A stretch of 34,495 nt of DNA, from NCBI GenBank assembly GCA_045863855.1, contig BTVV01000061.1, positions 1 to 34,495 on the forward strand, written 5' to 3'. Origin of the DNA: Planctomycetota bacterium (lineage in GTDB: Bacteria > Planctomycetota > SZUA-567 > H5-PLA8). How positions within the stretch are numbered: the first letter of the stretch is position 1; each line of letters starts with the position of its first letter. Under the pieces are notes generated by a model, which saw only the letters and a program-made list of their open reading frames with translations, was not told where the DNA came from and made no database searches. Below, one piece after another: positions 19,998 to 29,287 of the stretch. The position numbers and the translations under genes were made by a program.

Positions 19998-20555
19998 ATG
20001 AAAAAGCGTATCGGAGCAGGACTGGTCGTCATCGCCCTTGTTGCATGCGCTCTTGCGGGATGGGAATACGGCGCCGCCTCGATACCCGAAGATCGATTCG
20101 GTGACCTGGACCGCTTACGAACTGCAATCGCGGAAGCGAAGGAGGTTCGAATACTGGAAGGTCTTCCGCATCAAGAAAACGAATACGAAATCTTTGAAAG
20201 TGAGCGAGCCGCTAAGAGCACGATCACACGGATGAGCTATCCCTTTTATGCGGAGATTATGGCTGCTACCGCTGAGGATGCGGATGCACTCACGGCATTA
20301 ATGTTGGACGAGTCTAATTTTGCGCCCTTTAGAGGGGAGAAGAAGTGCGGCGGCTTTCATCCGGATTACGCCGCCGAATGGACCGCGCCATCGGGCAAAT
20401 ACGTGGTACTTTTCTGCTTCGGTTGCGCCGAAATTAAAGCAGAAGGCCCAAGGGTTTCGATACGCTGTGATTTCAGGCCTAATAAGGCATCCGGTTTTAG
20501 AAATCTCCTGGATAATTACGACAAACAGCGGCCGTCTGGACTTGGCGGCTATTAA
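19998..20555 (+). CDS. Exported hypothetical protein with Cys motifs
   Basis: ATG after GGAGG/GGAG. Signal-like MKKRIGAGLVVIALVACALAG. Motifs EGLPHQ, KKCGGFHPDY, FCFGCAE. Lower GC than its neighbours. Confidence 0.8.
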   Translation: MKKRIGAGLVVIALVACALAGWEYGAASIPEDRFGDLDRLRTAIAEAKEVRILEGLPHQENEYEIFESERAAKSTITRMSYPFYAEIMAATAEDADALTALMLDESNFAPFRGEKKCGGFHPDYAAEWTAPSGKYVVLFCFGCAEIKAEGPRVSIRCDFRPNKASGFRNLLDNYDKQRPSGLGGY

Positions 20556-20677
20556 GGTTCTGCGGGCGAGCGACCCGGTCGCCTCATGTCGCAAGCTCAC
20601 CCGCCACGAAGGTTCAACGGAGCCTTCGACTTTGTTCGAACAATTGTGCCGCGAATCCCGATTGCGAGGACATCCAC

Positions 20678-21433
20678 GTGCCCACACCCGAAGAAGACCT
20701 CCTCTCCGCCTTCGACGGCCACGACCTCGAAGCCATTCGCACCGCGTTGACGGCCGGCGCCGATCCGTGCGCGCCCGTACGCGGCAAGCGGCCCGTCTAC
20801 TGGCTGCTCGAAGAATACACGCGTTCGGACCGCCTCCCCGAATGCCTGCGCCTGCTCTTCGAACGCGGAGCCTTGTTGGACGATCCCGCGCTGGTTCCGG
20901 TACTCCTCGACGACCCCGCCGCGATCCGCGATGCCGTCTCGAAGAACAAGGCGTTGCTCCACCACCGCACGAGCCTGGTGTCTTCATTCACCTCGCTCAC
21001 CGGCGTCACGCTCCTGCACGTCGCCGCCGAGTACGGACACCTGAACGCCGCGCGCGCGCTCGTCGAGGCCGGCGCCGATGTCAATGCCGCCGCGGCCACC
21101 ACCGCTCACGGCCTCAACGGGCACACGCCGATCTTTCACACCGTGAACTCGAGCCGCAACCGATCCGAGCCGATCATGCGCCTGCTGTTGGAGGCCGGCG
21201 CACGAACCGACATTCGCCTCGCGGGCCTCGAATGGGGCAAGGGCTATCCGTGGGAGACGATCTTCTTCGACGTCACCCCGGTCTCCTACGCGCAAGCGGG
21301 GCTCTTTCCGCAAGTGCACCGCAAGGAGCCCGAGATTTACGCCAACATCCGCCTGCTGCTTGAAGCCGCCGGCCGCCCGATCCCGGCACTGGAGAACGTC
21401 CCCAACCGCTACCTGCAGCCGAAGAAGTCCTGA
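20678..21433 (+). CDS. Ankyrin repeat protein
   Basis: GVTLLHVAAEYGHLNAARALVEAGADVNA, GHTPIFHTV...IMRLLLEAGA. GTG start after GAGGA. Confidence 0.9.
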   Translation: MPTPEEDLLSAFDGHDLEAIRTALTAGADPCAPVRGKRPVYWLLEEYTRSDRLPECLRLLFERGALLDDPALVPVLLDDPAAIRDAVSKNKALLHHRTSLVSSFTSLTGVTLLHVAAEYGHLNAARALVEAGADVNAAAATTAHGLNGHTPIFHTVNSSRNRSEPIMRLLLEAGARTDIRLAGLEWGKGYPWETIFFDVTPVSYAQAGLFPQVHRKEPEIYANIRLLLEAAGRPIPALENVPNRYLQPKKS

Positions 21434-21563
21434 ATCGATGGGCGCACGCGCAGGCCGAAAGTAAGCGAGCAGCTTATCGTGGGGAAGGTCTGCCCGTTGA
21501 AGTTTGTCTGGTTCTTGCCGTTGGTAGTTTTCCGCTTGCAGCCCCGCGTTGTGCGGCCTGCGC

Positions 21564-23186
21564 TTACTTCTTCAACCGCTCTTCCCACCGTACCAGCGCC
21601 GGAATCTTATTCGTCGCCGCATCCTTCACGTCCGGGCCGAACGGCGGCCAAGCCAAGTTCGCGGGCCAGTCGGCGGGTTTGGCGGTCAGGTACAGCGACG
21701 GCGGCAACTTGGTGTTCGGCGCCAGCGCGCCCCAGTCCACTTGCCCTTTCACTACGTTGGCTCCAACGAGCGTGCCCTGGGAGGTCCGCGGGTCGGTATG
21801 CTTCTGAAGCAGAATATCCGAATCGTTGAGCAGCACGTTCCCGACCAGCACTTGCCCGTCGTTCGTCCCCATCACCACCAGCCCCGCGCCCTGCTGCCAG
21901 CCGCCGTAGCGTTTGGGCTGCCCGAGCGGGCGGTTGCGGAAGAACAGATGCGGACCGTTCGTCTTGTGCGAGCGGTCCACGACGCCGTTGTAGAAAATAT
22001 TGCCTTCGAAGAGCACGTGATGCGGGAAGTTCCCGTGCGCGCAGACGTCGCTGGTGATGAAGCCCGTCGTGATCCCGTTCTCCGCGCCGTTGTTGATCCA
22101 TTTCTCGCTCGCGCAGCCGGCCGGCGCGTCGGGGGCGTGGCAGCGGTCGCGCAGGCGGTCGACCACCAGGTTGTAGCCGAAGACCGAGTAGCTCGCCCCC
22201 GTCTCGGTCGCCATCGCGTGGCGCAGATCCTTCAAGATGTTGTGTTCGATCCGGGCGAAGGTGGACAGATCCCGCAAGTTCACGCCGTACCCCGTTCCGC
22301 CGCCGCCCTTGCTCTTCGCTTCGTCGAAGAAGCAGCGCTCCACCGTCACCGCGTGCGAGTACGCGATCTCGGCGTGATGCACCGGCGGGTTGTAGCTCTC
22401 GACGTCGCGCAGCCACGCGTGGCAGGCGCGCTTGAAGTGGAAGAGGCTGCCCTTCCCGCCCTGCCCGTCGGGGCAGACCACCCGCACGCCTTCCAGGCCC
22501 ACGTTGCGGACGGGCTTGAGCTTCGCGACGATCGCGTTCTTCTGGTCCGCGGCCACTTGCTTCAGCCCCAGCGCGAGCGGCACGTTCACCGCGATCGAGG
22601 CCGCGTTCACCTTCTCGACCAGCGCCACCGCGCCGCGGCAGCGCTTCGCCGCCTCGTAGCTCCATTCGTCCAGGTCGGCCTCGATCAGCACCAGATCCCC
22701 GGCGGCGAGCCCCGAAGTATCGGCCAGCGGAATCTCCTTCGCGCCCGGCGCCACGTCGGCCGTCACCGCGCGCGGCTGGTATTCCTTGCTCAGGTAGCCG
22801 TAGTCCCATTTCCCGCCCGCGCCCTGCCACAGAAACGCGGTCCCGTTTTCGAGCATCTTGAAGACCGTCTTGTCCGCGCCGGCGCCTTTCAAGACCAGAT
22901 CGCTGCGCCCGATGGTGATTTTGCGCAGACCGTACTCCCCGGCCGGGAAGACCAGCACCGTCGGCCCCTGGGCTGCCTGGATCAGCTTCTGCAGCGCCGC
23001 GGTGATGTCGCCGCCGCCCGGCGTCACGCCGCGCGTCGTCACGTCCACCTGCGCCCAGCGCCCGGCATGCGGATCGGTCCACGCCGGCAGCGCGAAGCCC
23101 CCCGGCGGCAGATGCGCATCGAGGGTTTCTCCGCCCGAGCAGGCCATGCACAGTCCCAGCAGCACCCCGGCTATCGTTCCACGCAT
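21564..23186 (-). CDS. Secreted (possibly lipoprotein) pectate lyase superfamily / beta-helix polysaccharide-active protein
   Basis: ATG 23186 after GGGAGG. Signal MRGTIAGVLLGLCMAC. 'VDVTTRGVTPGGGDITAALQKLI...LVFPAGEY...LVLKGAG' is the Pectate_lyase_3-type N-terminus. Also GGGGTGYGV, IEHNILKDLRHAM, AHGNFPHHVLFEGN. Confidence 0.85.
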   Translation of the reverse strand: MRGTIAGVLLGLCMACSGGETLDAHLPPGGFALPAWTDPHAGRWAQVDVTTRGVTPGGGDITAALQKLIQAAQGPTVLVFPAGEYGLRKITIGRSDLVLKGAGADKTVFKMLENGTAFLWQGAGGKWDYGYLSKEYQPRAVTADVAPGAKEIPLADTSGLAAGDLVLIEADLDEWSYEAAKRCRGAVALVEKVNAASIAVNVPLALGLKQVAADQKNAIVAKLKPVRNVGLEGVRVVCPDGQGGKGSLFHFKRACHAWLRDVESYNPPVHHAEIAYSHAVTVERCFFDEAKSKGGGGTGYGVNLRDLSTFARIEHNILKDLRHAMATETGASYSVFGYNLVVDRLRDRCHAPDAPAGCASEKWINNGAENGITTGFITSDVCAHGNFPHHVLFEGNIFYNGVVDRSHKTNGPHLFFRNRPLGQPKRYGGWQQGAGLVVMGTNDGQVLVGNVLLNDSDILLQKHTDPRTSQGTLVGANVVKGQVDWGALAPNTKLPPSLYLTAKPADWPANLAWPPFGPDVKDAATNKIPALVRWEERLKK

Positions 23187-23315
23187 CGACTGGCGTCCTC
23201 CCGTGTCATTCCTATTTAGTACACGCGCCGGCTTGCATAAAATTCGGAAAGCGCGCCGCGTCCGCCCCAGCGCCGCCGGAAAATCGGTCCAGTTTCCGCC
23301 GCGCCATCCGGCCAT

Positions 23316-23346
23316 AAAAAAACCCCCTCCCGTGCGGGAGGGGGTC
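23316..23346 (-). terminator. Rho-independent terminator of the cytochrome gene
   Basis: Minus strand ACCCCCTCCC-GCAC-GGGAGGGGGT followed by a T-tract, about 27 bp after the stop. Confidence 0.88.
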
Positions 23347-23373
23347 TGAAGTGCGGTACGGATCGTCCAATGC

Positions 23374-24708
23374 TTACGGCAACGGGAGGCTCTTGCCGCC
23401 CGCGTACAGTTCGGCCATGGCCTTGGCGCCGGCCGCGAACTTGGCCGCGTCGTAGGTCTCCGCGTCGCCCAGCACGTCGTACAGCGCGGCGACCTTCTCG
23501 GCCTTGGCTTCGCCGTCGGCCGGCTTGGCGTCCTTGTTGTAGCTGCCCGAAACCGCCAGCATGCTCATCACGTACGCTTCGCCCGCGCGGTAGCCGTACG
23601 GCGCGATCGCTTCGCCTTCGCTGGCGATGCCGGCCAGGACCTTCTCCGTCTTCGCCTTGTCGAACGCGATGCCGTTGAGCTTGTCGGACCACGCGTCCAC
23701 GGCCTTGGCGACTTCCTTCAGCGCCGCCTCGCGCTTCGCCGCGTCGGCCCAGTTCGCCTTTACGTCGCCCAGCAGCTTATCCAGCGCCGCCCGGCCTTCG
23801 GCGTCCACCGCTTCCGCGGCCTGCCGAGTCAGGATCGCATGCCCCAGCATCCGGTCGTAGCTGGCCTTGATCAGCTTCTCGTCGGCACCGGCCTTCGTGC
23901 GCTCCGCCGTCTGCATCGCCGATTCGCGCAACGAAACCGCCTGGCCCATCGCCCACGCCTTCGCGCCGAACCACTCGCCGTGATCGCGCCAGTGAATCCA
24001 GCTCTCGTCGCTGCTCATGATCGAAAGCTCGAACGGCAACTCCGGATGTCCCGCGGCCACCAGGTCCGCTTCGATGCGCAGATGGCAGCTCAAGCAGACG
24101 TCCGCGCGGAACTTGAGATTCTTCGTGTCGTACAGGCCCCACTCGTTGAAGAGCTTCTCGCTGCCCAAATCCGTGCGCAGCTTCGCCGTCCAGCCCTTTT
24201 CCGTGTGCGGCTTCAAGTACTTGTCGGCCGGACCGTGGCACGCGTCGCAGCTCACGCCGTCCTCGACGCTGTACTTCTCCGCGTTGATCTGCTCCGGCTT
24301 CAACACGATGCGATGCACCGTGTTGTCGTGCTTCGTGAAGCCCGAAAGACCGTGGCAGTTCAAGCAGCGCTCGGACTTGGACGCGTCTTCGATCTTGAGG
24401 TTCTTCGCCATCGCCTTGGACGTATCTTCCAGGAGCTGCGTGTACGCCTTGGCGTGGGCGTCGTTGTTCGACCAAATGTGGTTTTCGTTATGCCGCGTCG
24501 CGCCGCCGTCCTTCTCGGTCGCCGAACCGTGACACGCCGCCGCCGCGCACGAGCCCGCGCCCGTGTACTTGATCCCCTGAGGATCCGCGAAAGCCTCGTT
24601 GGAAAGCCCGGTCAGCCCCAGGTTTCCGGACATCGTCAAACCCACCACCAGCACCACCGCGGCAACCACCGCGAGGGACTTCCAATGCGAAATGGCCTTT
24701 CGTACCAT
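23374..24708 (-). CDS. Periplasmic multiheme c-type cytochrome (c554-like family) with helical C-terminal extension
   Basis: Signal peptide ending in AFA. Heme motifs CAAAACH (CX4CH), CLNCH, GVSCDACHGP, CLSCH, then AGHPELPFE. ATG 24708 after GGGGAG. Confidence 0.9.
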   Translation of the reverse strand: MVRKAISHWKSLAVVAAVVLVVGLTMSGNLGLTGLSNEAFADPQGIKYTGAGSCAAAACHGSATEKDGGATRHNENHIWSNNDAHAKAYTQLLEDTSKAMAKNLKIEDASKSERCLNCHGLSGFTKHDNTVHRIVLKPEQINAEKYSVEDGVSCDACHGPADKYLKPHTEKGWTAKLRTDLGSEKLFNEWGLYDTKNLKFRADVCLSCHLRIEADLVAAGHPELPFELSIMSSDESWIHWRDHGEWFGAKAWAMGQAVSLRESAMQTAERTKAGADEKLIKASYDRMLGHAILTRQAAEAVDAEGRAALDKLLGDVKANWADAAKREAALKEVAKAVDAWSDKLNGIAFDKAKTEKVLAGIASEGEAIAPYGYRAGEAYVMSMLAVSGSYNKDAKPADGEAKAEKVAALYDVLGDAETYDAAKFAAGAKAMAELYAGGKSLPLP

Positions 24709-24992
24709 GGCGCGCGCTCCCCTATTGTGATTAGCGTCTTCGTGTCTAGTTCGTAGGATGCTTTGCACCCTACCAAAGAGCCTTACCCTTGCCAAGCCAT
24801 TTTCCATTCTTCATGCAACTCAAATACTGAATTCATGTTACACGAATGACTTTGGCTTGGCCTGTCGCGCGCCCGCGATTCTGCGCGCATCGTGCAAGCC
24901 TTTTGGCTCAGTGGCTCCACTACGTCCTGCTCCTGCCGGTGCTAGGACGACGATAGGATGCACGCCGTTCTTCAATGCCTCTACCTTAAATA

Positions 24993-26321
24993 TCAGGCTT
25001 CCACACCCGGCTGATGGATGTACCCCAGATGCCCACCCTTCGGGTCGCGCGTGTATCCAAAGCGCGCGCAAAGCTCGTCGGGATCTTCGAAGCGGTCGCC
25101 GAAGCGGGCGAGCAGGTCGTCCAGTTCCGCGTCGAGCCGGCGCTGCACATCGGCCGCTTCGGGGCGATTAACCAGATTGGTCTGCTGGAACGGATCGCGC
25201 TGGTTGTCGTACAGCAGCCACGGACCTTGGCGCGAACGCGCATACGTATGCGTCTCGGTCCGCGCGGCGCGCCACTCCGGGCCGCGGAACTCGCTGAACG
25301 CCACCAAACATGCGGCCAGCGTTGCCGTCGGCCGCGCGTAAGAAGCGCTGTGCAGCGCGGCGCTGAGGTCCAGTCCTTGGCAGGTTCCGGGCACGCTCAG
25401 GCCCAGGAAGCTCAGCAGCGTCGGCATCAGGTCCCACGCGTTGATCAGGCACGGTTCCTTGCGGCCTTGGCCGCCGGGCGTGCGGATCAGCAGGGGCACG
25501 TGAATGCTTTCCTCCCACGGGCGCTGTTTGCGCTGTTCGCCTTGGCTGCCCAGCATGTCGCCGTGATCGCTGGTGAAGACGAAGACGGTCTCGTCGAGCT
25601 TGCCCTGCGCTTCAAGCGCCGCCAGGATGCGCCCCACTTGCTCGTCCAACGCCGAGACGTGCGCGTAATAGCCGCGGATATCTTCGCGGTTCGGATTCGG
25701 GCAGTTTGGCGGAACGTAAAGCGTCGCCGGATCGTACAGCGCCTTGTAGCGGTCCGGTACCGCGCCGTACGGATTGTGCGGCGGGCCCCAGGAAAGGAAT
25801 CCGGCGAAGGGCGCCGGGCCCGCATCTTTCAGAAACTCGAGAAACAGATCGGTTTGCGCGATCGCGTCGTAGCCTTCCCAATACAGCGGCGTCGGATCGT
25901 CGCGGTAGTACAGCGATTTCAGGTAGTCGTGCGAGCAATTTCCCACCGCCCAGAAATCGAAGCCTTGGCGGCGCGGTCCGGGCGGCGTCCAGCCACCGCG
26001 GTTGCGCCCGTCGAGGTGCCACTTGCCCACGTACCCCGTGCGGTAACCGGCTTCCTGCAATACGGTCCCGAAGGTCGGGCGGTCGGTCGGCAGGCGGACG
26101 TCGTTCATGAACAGACCGTGTGTCAGCGGGTACTGTCCGGTGAGCATGCACGCGCGCCACGGGGTGCAGACGGGCACGCCGGCAACGGCGTTCGTGCAGT
26201 TTACGCTTTGCGAAGCGAGCCGGTCGAGATGCGGTGTGCGCATCCCGGGCGTGCCGGCGAAGCCCGCGGCGTTGAAGCGCATCTGATCGGCGAAAACGAA
26301 GACGAGGTTCGGTCGAGCCAT
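24993..26321 (-). CDS. Formylglycine-dependent sulfatase (S1), no signal peptide
   Basis: RPNLVFVFADQMR, CTPWRACMLTG (CxPxR), GYVGKWHL, PPHNPY, FTSDHGDMLG, LYDNQRDPFQQTNL. Confidence 0.95.
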   Translation of the reverse strand: MARPNLVFVFADQMRFNAAGFAGTPGMRTPHLDRLASQSVNCTNAVAGVPVCTPWRACMLTGQYPLTHGLFMNDVRLPTDRPTFGTVLQEAGYRTGYVGKWHLDGRNRGGWTPPGPRRQGFDFWAVGNCSHDYLKSLYYRDDPTPLYWEGYDAIAQTDLFLEFLKDAGPAPFAGFLSWGPPHNPYGAVPDRYKALYDPATLYVPPNCPNPNREDIRGYYAHVSALDEQVGRILAALEAQGKLDETVFVFTSDHGDMLGSQGEQRKQRPWEESIHVPLLIRTPGGQGRKEPCLINAWDLMPTLLSFLGLSVPGTCQGLDLSAALHSASYARPTATLAACLVAFSEFRGPEWRAARTETHTYARSRQGPWLLYDNQRDPFQQTNLVNRPEAADVQRRLDAELDDLLARFGDRFEDPDELCARFGYTRDPKGGHLGYIHQPGVEA

Positions 26322-26386
26322 GCGCTATCCTCGAGAAGCGGTTGCTGCTTACGTTAAACCATGCGCCGCGCCGCCGCACGTGCCGC

Positions 26387-26415
26387 TTGAGCATCCTCCG
26401 CGCCGCGCGTAATAT
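26387..26415 (+). promoter_or_regulatory. Candidate sigma70 promoter TTGAGC-N17-TAATAT giving a near-leaderless transcript
   Basis: -35 at 26387-26392 and -10 at 26410-26415. The ATG at 26425 lies only 9 nt downstream and has no Shine-Dalgarno. Confidence 0.45.
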
Positions 26416-26424
26416 GCGCAGCGT

Positions 26425-28803
26425 ATGCGCATTCTTTTGGCTCTCTTGGCCTTGCTCCTCTTGGCCGGCTGCGAATCCCGCCGCCCCGAGGCCCCGGCGC
26501 ATGCTCCGGCCGTGGCGAGCAGCGTTCCGGTGGCTTCCAGCGCCGAATTGCTCGACGGATTCGAAGGCCCCGCGCACACCGTCTGGGCATTCGACTCCGC
26601 CGACGACGAGGGCGACGCGAGCTACTCCCCCGAACGCGCGACGCAGGGCGAGCGCGCCTTGCGCGTGGCGCTGCGCGGAAAAGGCGCGAAAGGCAAATTC
26701 CTGCTGCGCCGCGAAGTCGCGTGGGACCTGTCCAAGGCCGCGGCGCTGATGCTGGATGTCGACAGCCCGGCCGACGGGATGCAGGCGGCGCTGGCCTTCA
26801 AGGCCGATCCCGGCGACGTGTATCAGGAGTCGCGCACCATCGATTTGAAGAAGGGGCTCAACCGCGATCTGCGTTTCGCGCTGGCCGCGCCCGACTGGAA
26901 ACACGCCGAGACGAACTGGCAACTCACCGGCGCGCCGGTGAATCTTGCCAAGGTCACGCGCATGATGGTGGTGCTGTACACCGGGGGCCAGGCCGAAGGC
27001 GCGTTCGCGCTCGATAACCTGCGCGTTTCCGGCTCGGCCGAAGCCGCGCAGCGCGCGTGGCGGCCGGAGATTCTGCGGCTGAGCGATCTGCGCGCGGGCG
27101 AACAATTCCGGCCTGTCGAGCCCGCCGTGATCTTCCGCGCCAGCTACCGCGATTTCTTCGACCGCGGCGATCTGAGCGTCACGCTGCGCGTCGATCCGCC
27201 CGGCGGGCGCGTGTTCGAAATCCCGGGCTTTTTCTCGGGCCTGCTGCCCGCGGCTCAGGAACCGCCCGATCCGTCCGGAGCCGTCCCGCCGCCGTGGGGT
27301 CCGTGGCCTCCGAAGGACCGCGCCGCCCAGGACGCCGCACCGGCCGAAACGGGGACCGAGTGGCCGGTCTGGCGCGCGCGCTTCACCCCCCGCGAGAGCG
27401 GTCGCTACCGCGTCCAATGGAGCGTGCGCAACCGCGCCGGCGAAGCGCGCAGCATCGAGCAGGAATTCCTGGTGGTGCCGCAGGAACGCGAACGCGCCGC
27501 GCCGGGCTTGCGCGGCGGCTTTGTCAGGATCAGCCGGCGCGACCCGCGCAGACTGGAACTCGACGACGGCGCGCCGTTTTTCGTGCTCGGCCAGAACGTC
27601 TGCTGGACCACCGACTGGAAGCCCTACCTCGAGAAGATCGCCGCGTACGGCGGCAACACCTGCCGGATCTGGCTCTGCCCATGGGGCTTGAAGCTCGAAC
27701 GCGCCACCGAGCCGGGCGTCTACGATCTGGGCGTCGCGCGGCGCATCGACGAACTCTTCCGCATGGCCGAAGCCGGCGGCGTGCGCATCGTCTTCTGCTT
27801 CACCTTTCACGGCGCGAACGGGGATTTCTGGCACGAGTCGCCCTACAACCGGCTCAACGGCGGCCCCTGCGCACGCGGCGAAGATTTCTTCACAGACGCG
27901 AAGGCGAAGGCGCAGTTCAAGCAACTCCTCGATTACGCCATCGCGCGCTGGAGTTACTCCCCGGCGCTTTTGGCGTGGGAGACCATGAACGAGGCCGACC
28001 TGGCGAAGTACGACGCGCCCGAGGATGTCGCAGCCTGGGCGCTCGAGATGGCCGGGCATTTGAAGGCGAACGATCCGCACGGGCACCTGGTCACCGTCAG
28101 CACCACGCGCGCCGACTTCGCGCCGCGCCTCTGGGACGATCCGCGCACCGACTTCGTCAGCGGGCATGCGTACGGTTTCGACGCCGCCGCGGCGCTCGAT
28201 AGCCAACTCGGCCCCCAGCGCTGGCGTTTCAAGCCCTTCCTGCTGGCCGAATACGGCGGCGGCTGGCAGGCGGCCGACGATGCGCAGGACCGCGATGGCC
28301 GGCGCCTGCAAGCGGCGCTCTGGCTCACCGCCTGCGCGCCCGCCGCCGGATGCGCGCTGCCGTGGTGGTGGGATACGCAGATCGAAGCGCACGGGCTCTA
28401 CCCGCGCTTCGCGGCGGTCGCGCGCTTTTTGAAAGACGACGAGCGCCGCGCGCGCTACGGGGAACCGCTGCAAGCCCGCATTGCCGCCGCGCCGGGGCTG
28501 GAAGTCCGCGGCATCCTGGACGCGCAAGGCGGCCGCTTCTATGTCTACCGCCCTGAAGCGGTCACGAACCCCGAAGCGCGCAAAGCGCGCATGTTGGAGG
28601 CGGCCGCGGCGCTCCCGCTTCAAGGGTTGCTCGATGGTGCCTATCGCGTCGAGTATTGGGACGCCGAAGAAGGGAAGACCTCCGGCCGTGCACAGGTCGA
28701 AGTGAAAAGCGGTCGGCTTGAGTTGGAGCTTCCCGCGCGCGACCGCGAGTACGCGATCAAGCTGGACCGCGAACCGCGCGTGGAGCCGGGGGTGGGGAAG
28801 TAA
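26425..28803 (+). CDS. Lipoprotein glycoside hydrolase, clan GH-A (GH5-like), with CBM-like and Ig-like accessory domains
   Basis: Lipobox LLLAGC. N-terminal CBM-like region (DGFEG...WDLS...FALDNL). 'WRARFTPRESGRYR' Ig-like module. Catalytic-type motifs AWETMNE (acid/base) and LAEYGG (nucleophile). C-terminal 'GAYRVEYWD' beta-sandwich. Confidence 0.82.
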   Translation: MRILLALLALLLLAGCESRRPEAPAHAPAVASSVPVASSAELLDGFEGPAHTVWAFDSADDEGDASYSPERATQGERALRVALRGKGAKGKFLLRREVAWDLSKAAALMLDVDSPADGMQAALAFKADPGDVYQESRTIDLKKGLNRDLRFALAAPDWKHAETNWQLTGAPVNLAKVTRMMVVLYTGGQAEGAFALDNLRVSGSAEAAQRAWRPEILRLSDLRAGEQFRPVEPAVIFRASYRDFFDRGDLSVTLRVDPPGGRVFEIPGFFSGLLPAAQEPPDPSGAVPPPWGPWPPKDRAAQDAAPAETGTEWPVWRARFTPRESGRYRVQWSVRNRAGEARSIEQEFLVVPQERERAAPGLRGGFVRISRRDPRRLELDDGAPFFVLGQNVCWTTDWKPYLEKIAAYGGNTCRIWLCPWGLKLERATEPGVYDLGVARRIDELFRMAEAGGVRIVFCFTFHGANGDFWHESPYNRLNGGPCARGEDFFTDAKAKAQFKQLLDYAIARWSYSPALLAWETMNEADLAKYDAPEDVAAWALEMAGHLKANDPHGHLVTVSTTRADFAPRLWDDPRTDFVSGHAYGFDAAAALDSQLGPQRWRFKPFLLAEYGGGWQAADDAQDRDGRRLQAALWLTACAPAAGCALPWWWDTQIEAHGLYPRFAAVARFLKDDERRARYGEPLQARIAAAPGLEVRGILDAQGGRFYVYRPEAVTNPEARKARMLEAAAALPLQGLLDGAYRVEYWDAEEGKTSGRAQVEVKSGRLELELPARDREYAIKLDREPRVEPGVGK

Positions 28804-28914
28804 TCTTGCGGACGGTGGGGGTTCGTTTCAAACGTTCGCAGGTTTGGGGTATTCTGGTAGCATGCTTGCGGTTTCTAGCATTGGGATGGGTTGTTCCTGG
28901 AGGCTGATTTCATC

Positions 28915-29253
28915 ATGCGCGCGGTCATGGGTTTACTCGTTTTAGCTGTTCTTTGCTTCAGCTCCGGCTGCCGCTCCGTGCCGCGCGATACCAAGGAAGG
29001 CGTTGAGCGTTCGGACGTGGTCGCGGCAGAACGGCGGCGGGTGATGCTGATTCCCGATTACTCCGCCCCGGAAATCGCCGAAGCGGCGATGAAACGCCCA
29101 CCGGATGCCATCCAGCGCGACGGAACCGACGAAGTCCACTACTACCTCATTCAAGGCGCGGTCGAAGGCGAAGCTCTGCGCCTGGTCTACCGCGATAGCC
29201 GCCTGATCGGGCGCAGCGTGGTCAAGACCCGGCCTTCCGAATTTTCACCGTAG
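28915..29253 (+). CDS. Small lipoprotein
   Basis: GGAGG RBS. MRAVMGLLVLAVLCFSSGC lipoprotein-like signal. The C-terminal 'PPD...EVHYY...LRLVYRDSRL' is reminiscent of the SmpA/BamE-like fold (weak). Confidence 0.75.
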   Translation: MRAVMGLLVLAVLCFSSGCRSVPRDTKEGVERSDVVAAERRRVMLIPDYSAPEIAEAAMKRPPDAIQRDGTDEVHYYLIQGAVEGEALRLVYRDSRLIGRSVVKTRPSEFSP

Positions 29254-29287
29254 CTCCCGCCGTCCCCTCCGGTAACCTCGCCGCGCC

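Noticed and set aside
19977..20677. Integron cassette (low-GC gene followed by hairpins)
   Set aside because: No RYYYAAC/GTTRRRY attC core sites flank the hairpins and there is no integrase.
21460..21550. tmRNA or small ORF on the minus strand (GGGGCTG..., AENY...)
   Set aside because: No tRNA-like ends, far too short, and no start codon with an RBS.
25612..28623. 1003-aa minus-strand ORF (also 3935-5899, 10222-12018, 18207-19961, 21549-23219, 2218-3852)
   Set aside because: These are antisense shadows of well-supported genes, expected in high-GC DNA with few stops, and carry no recognisable motifs.
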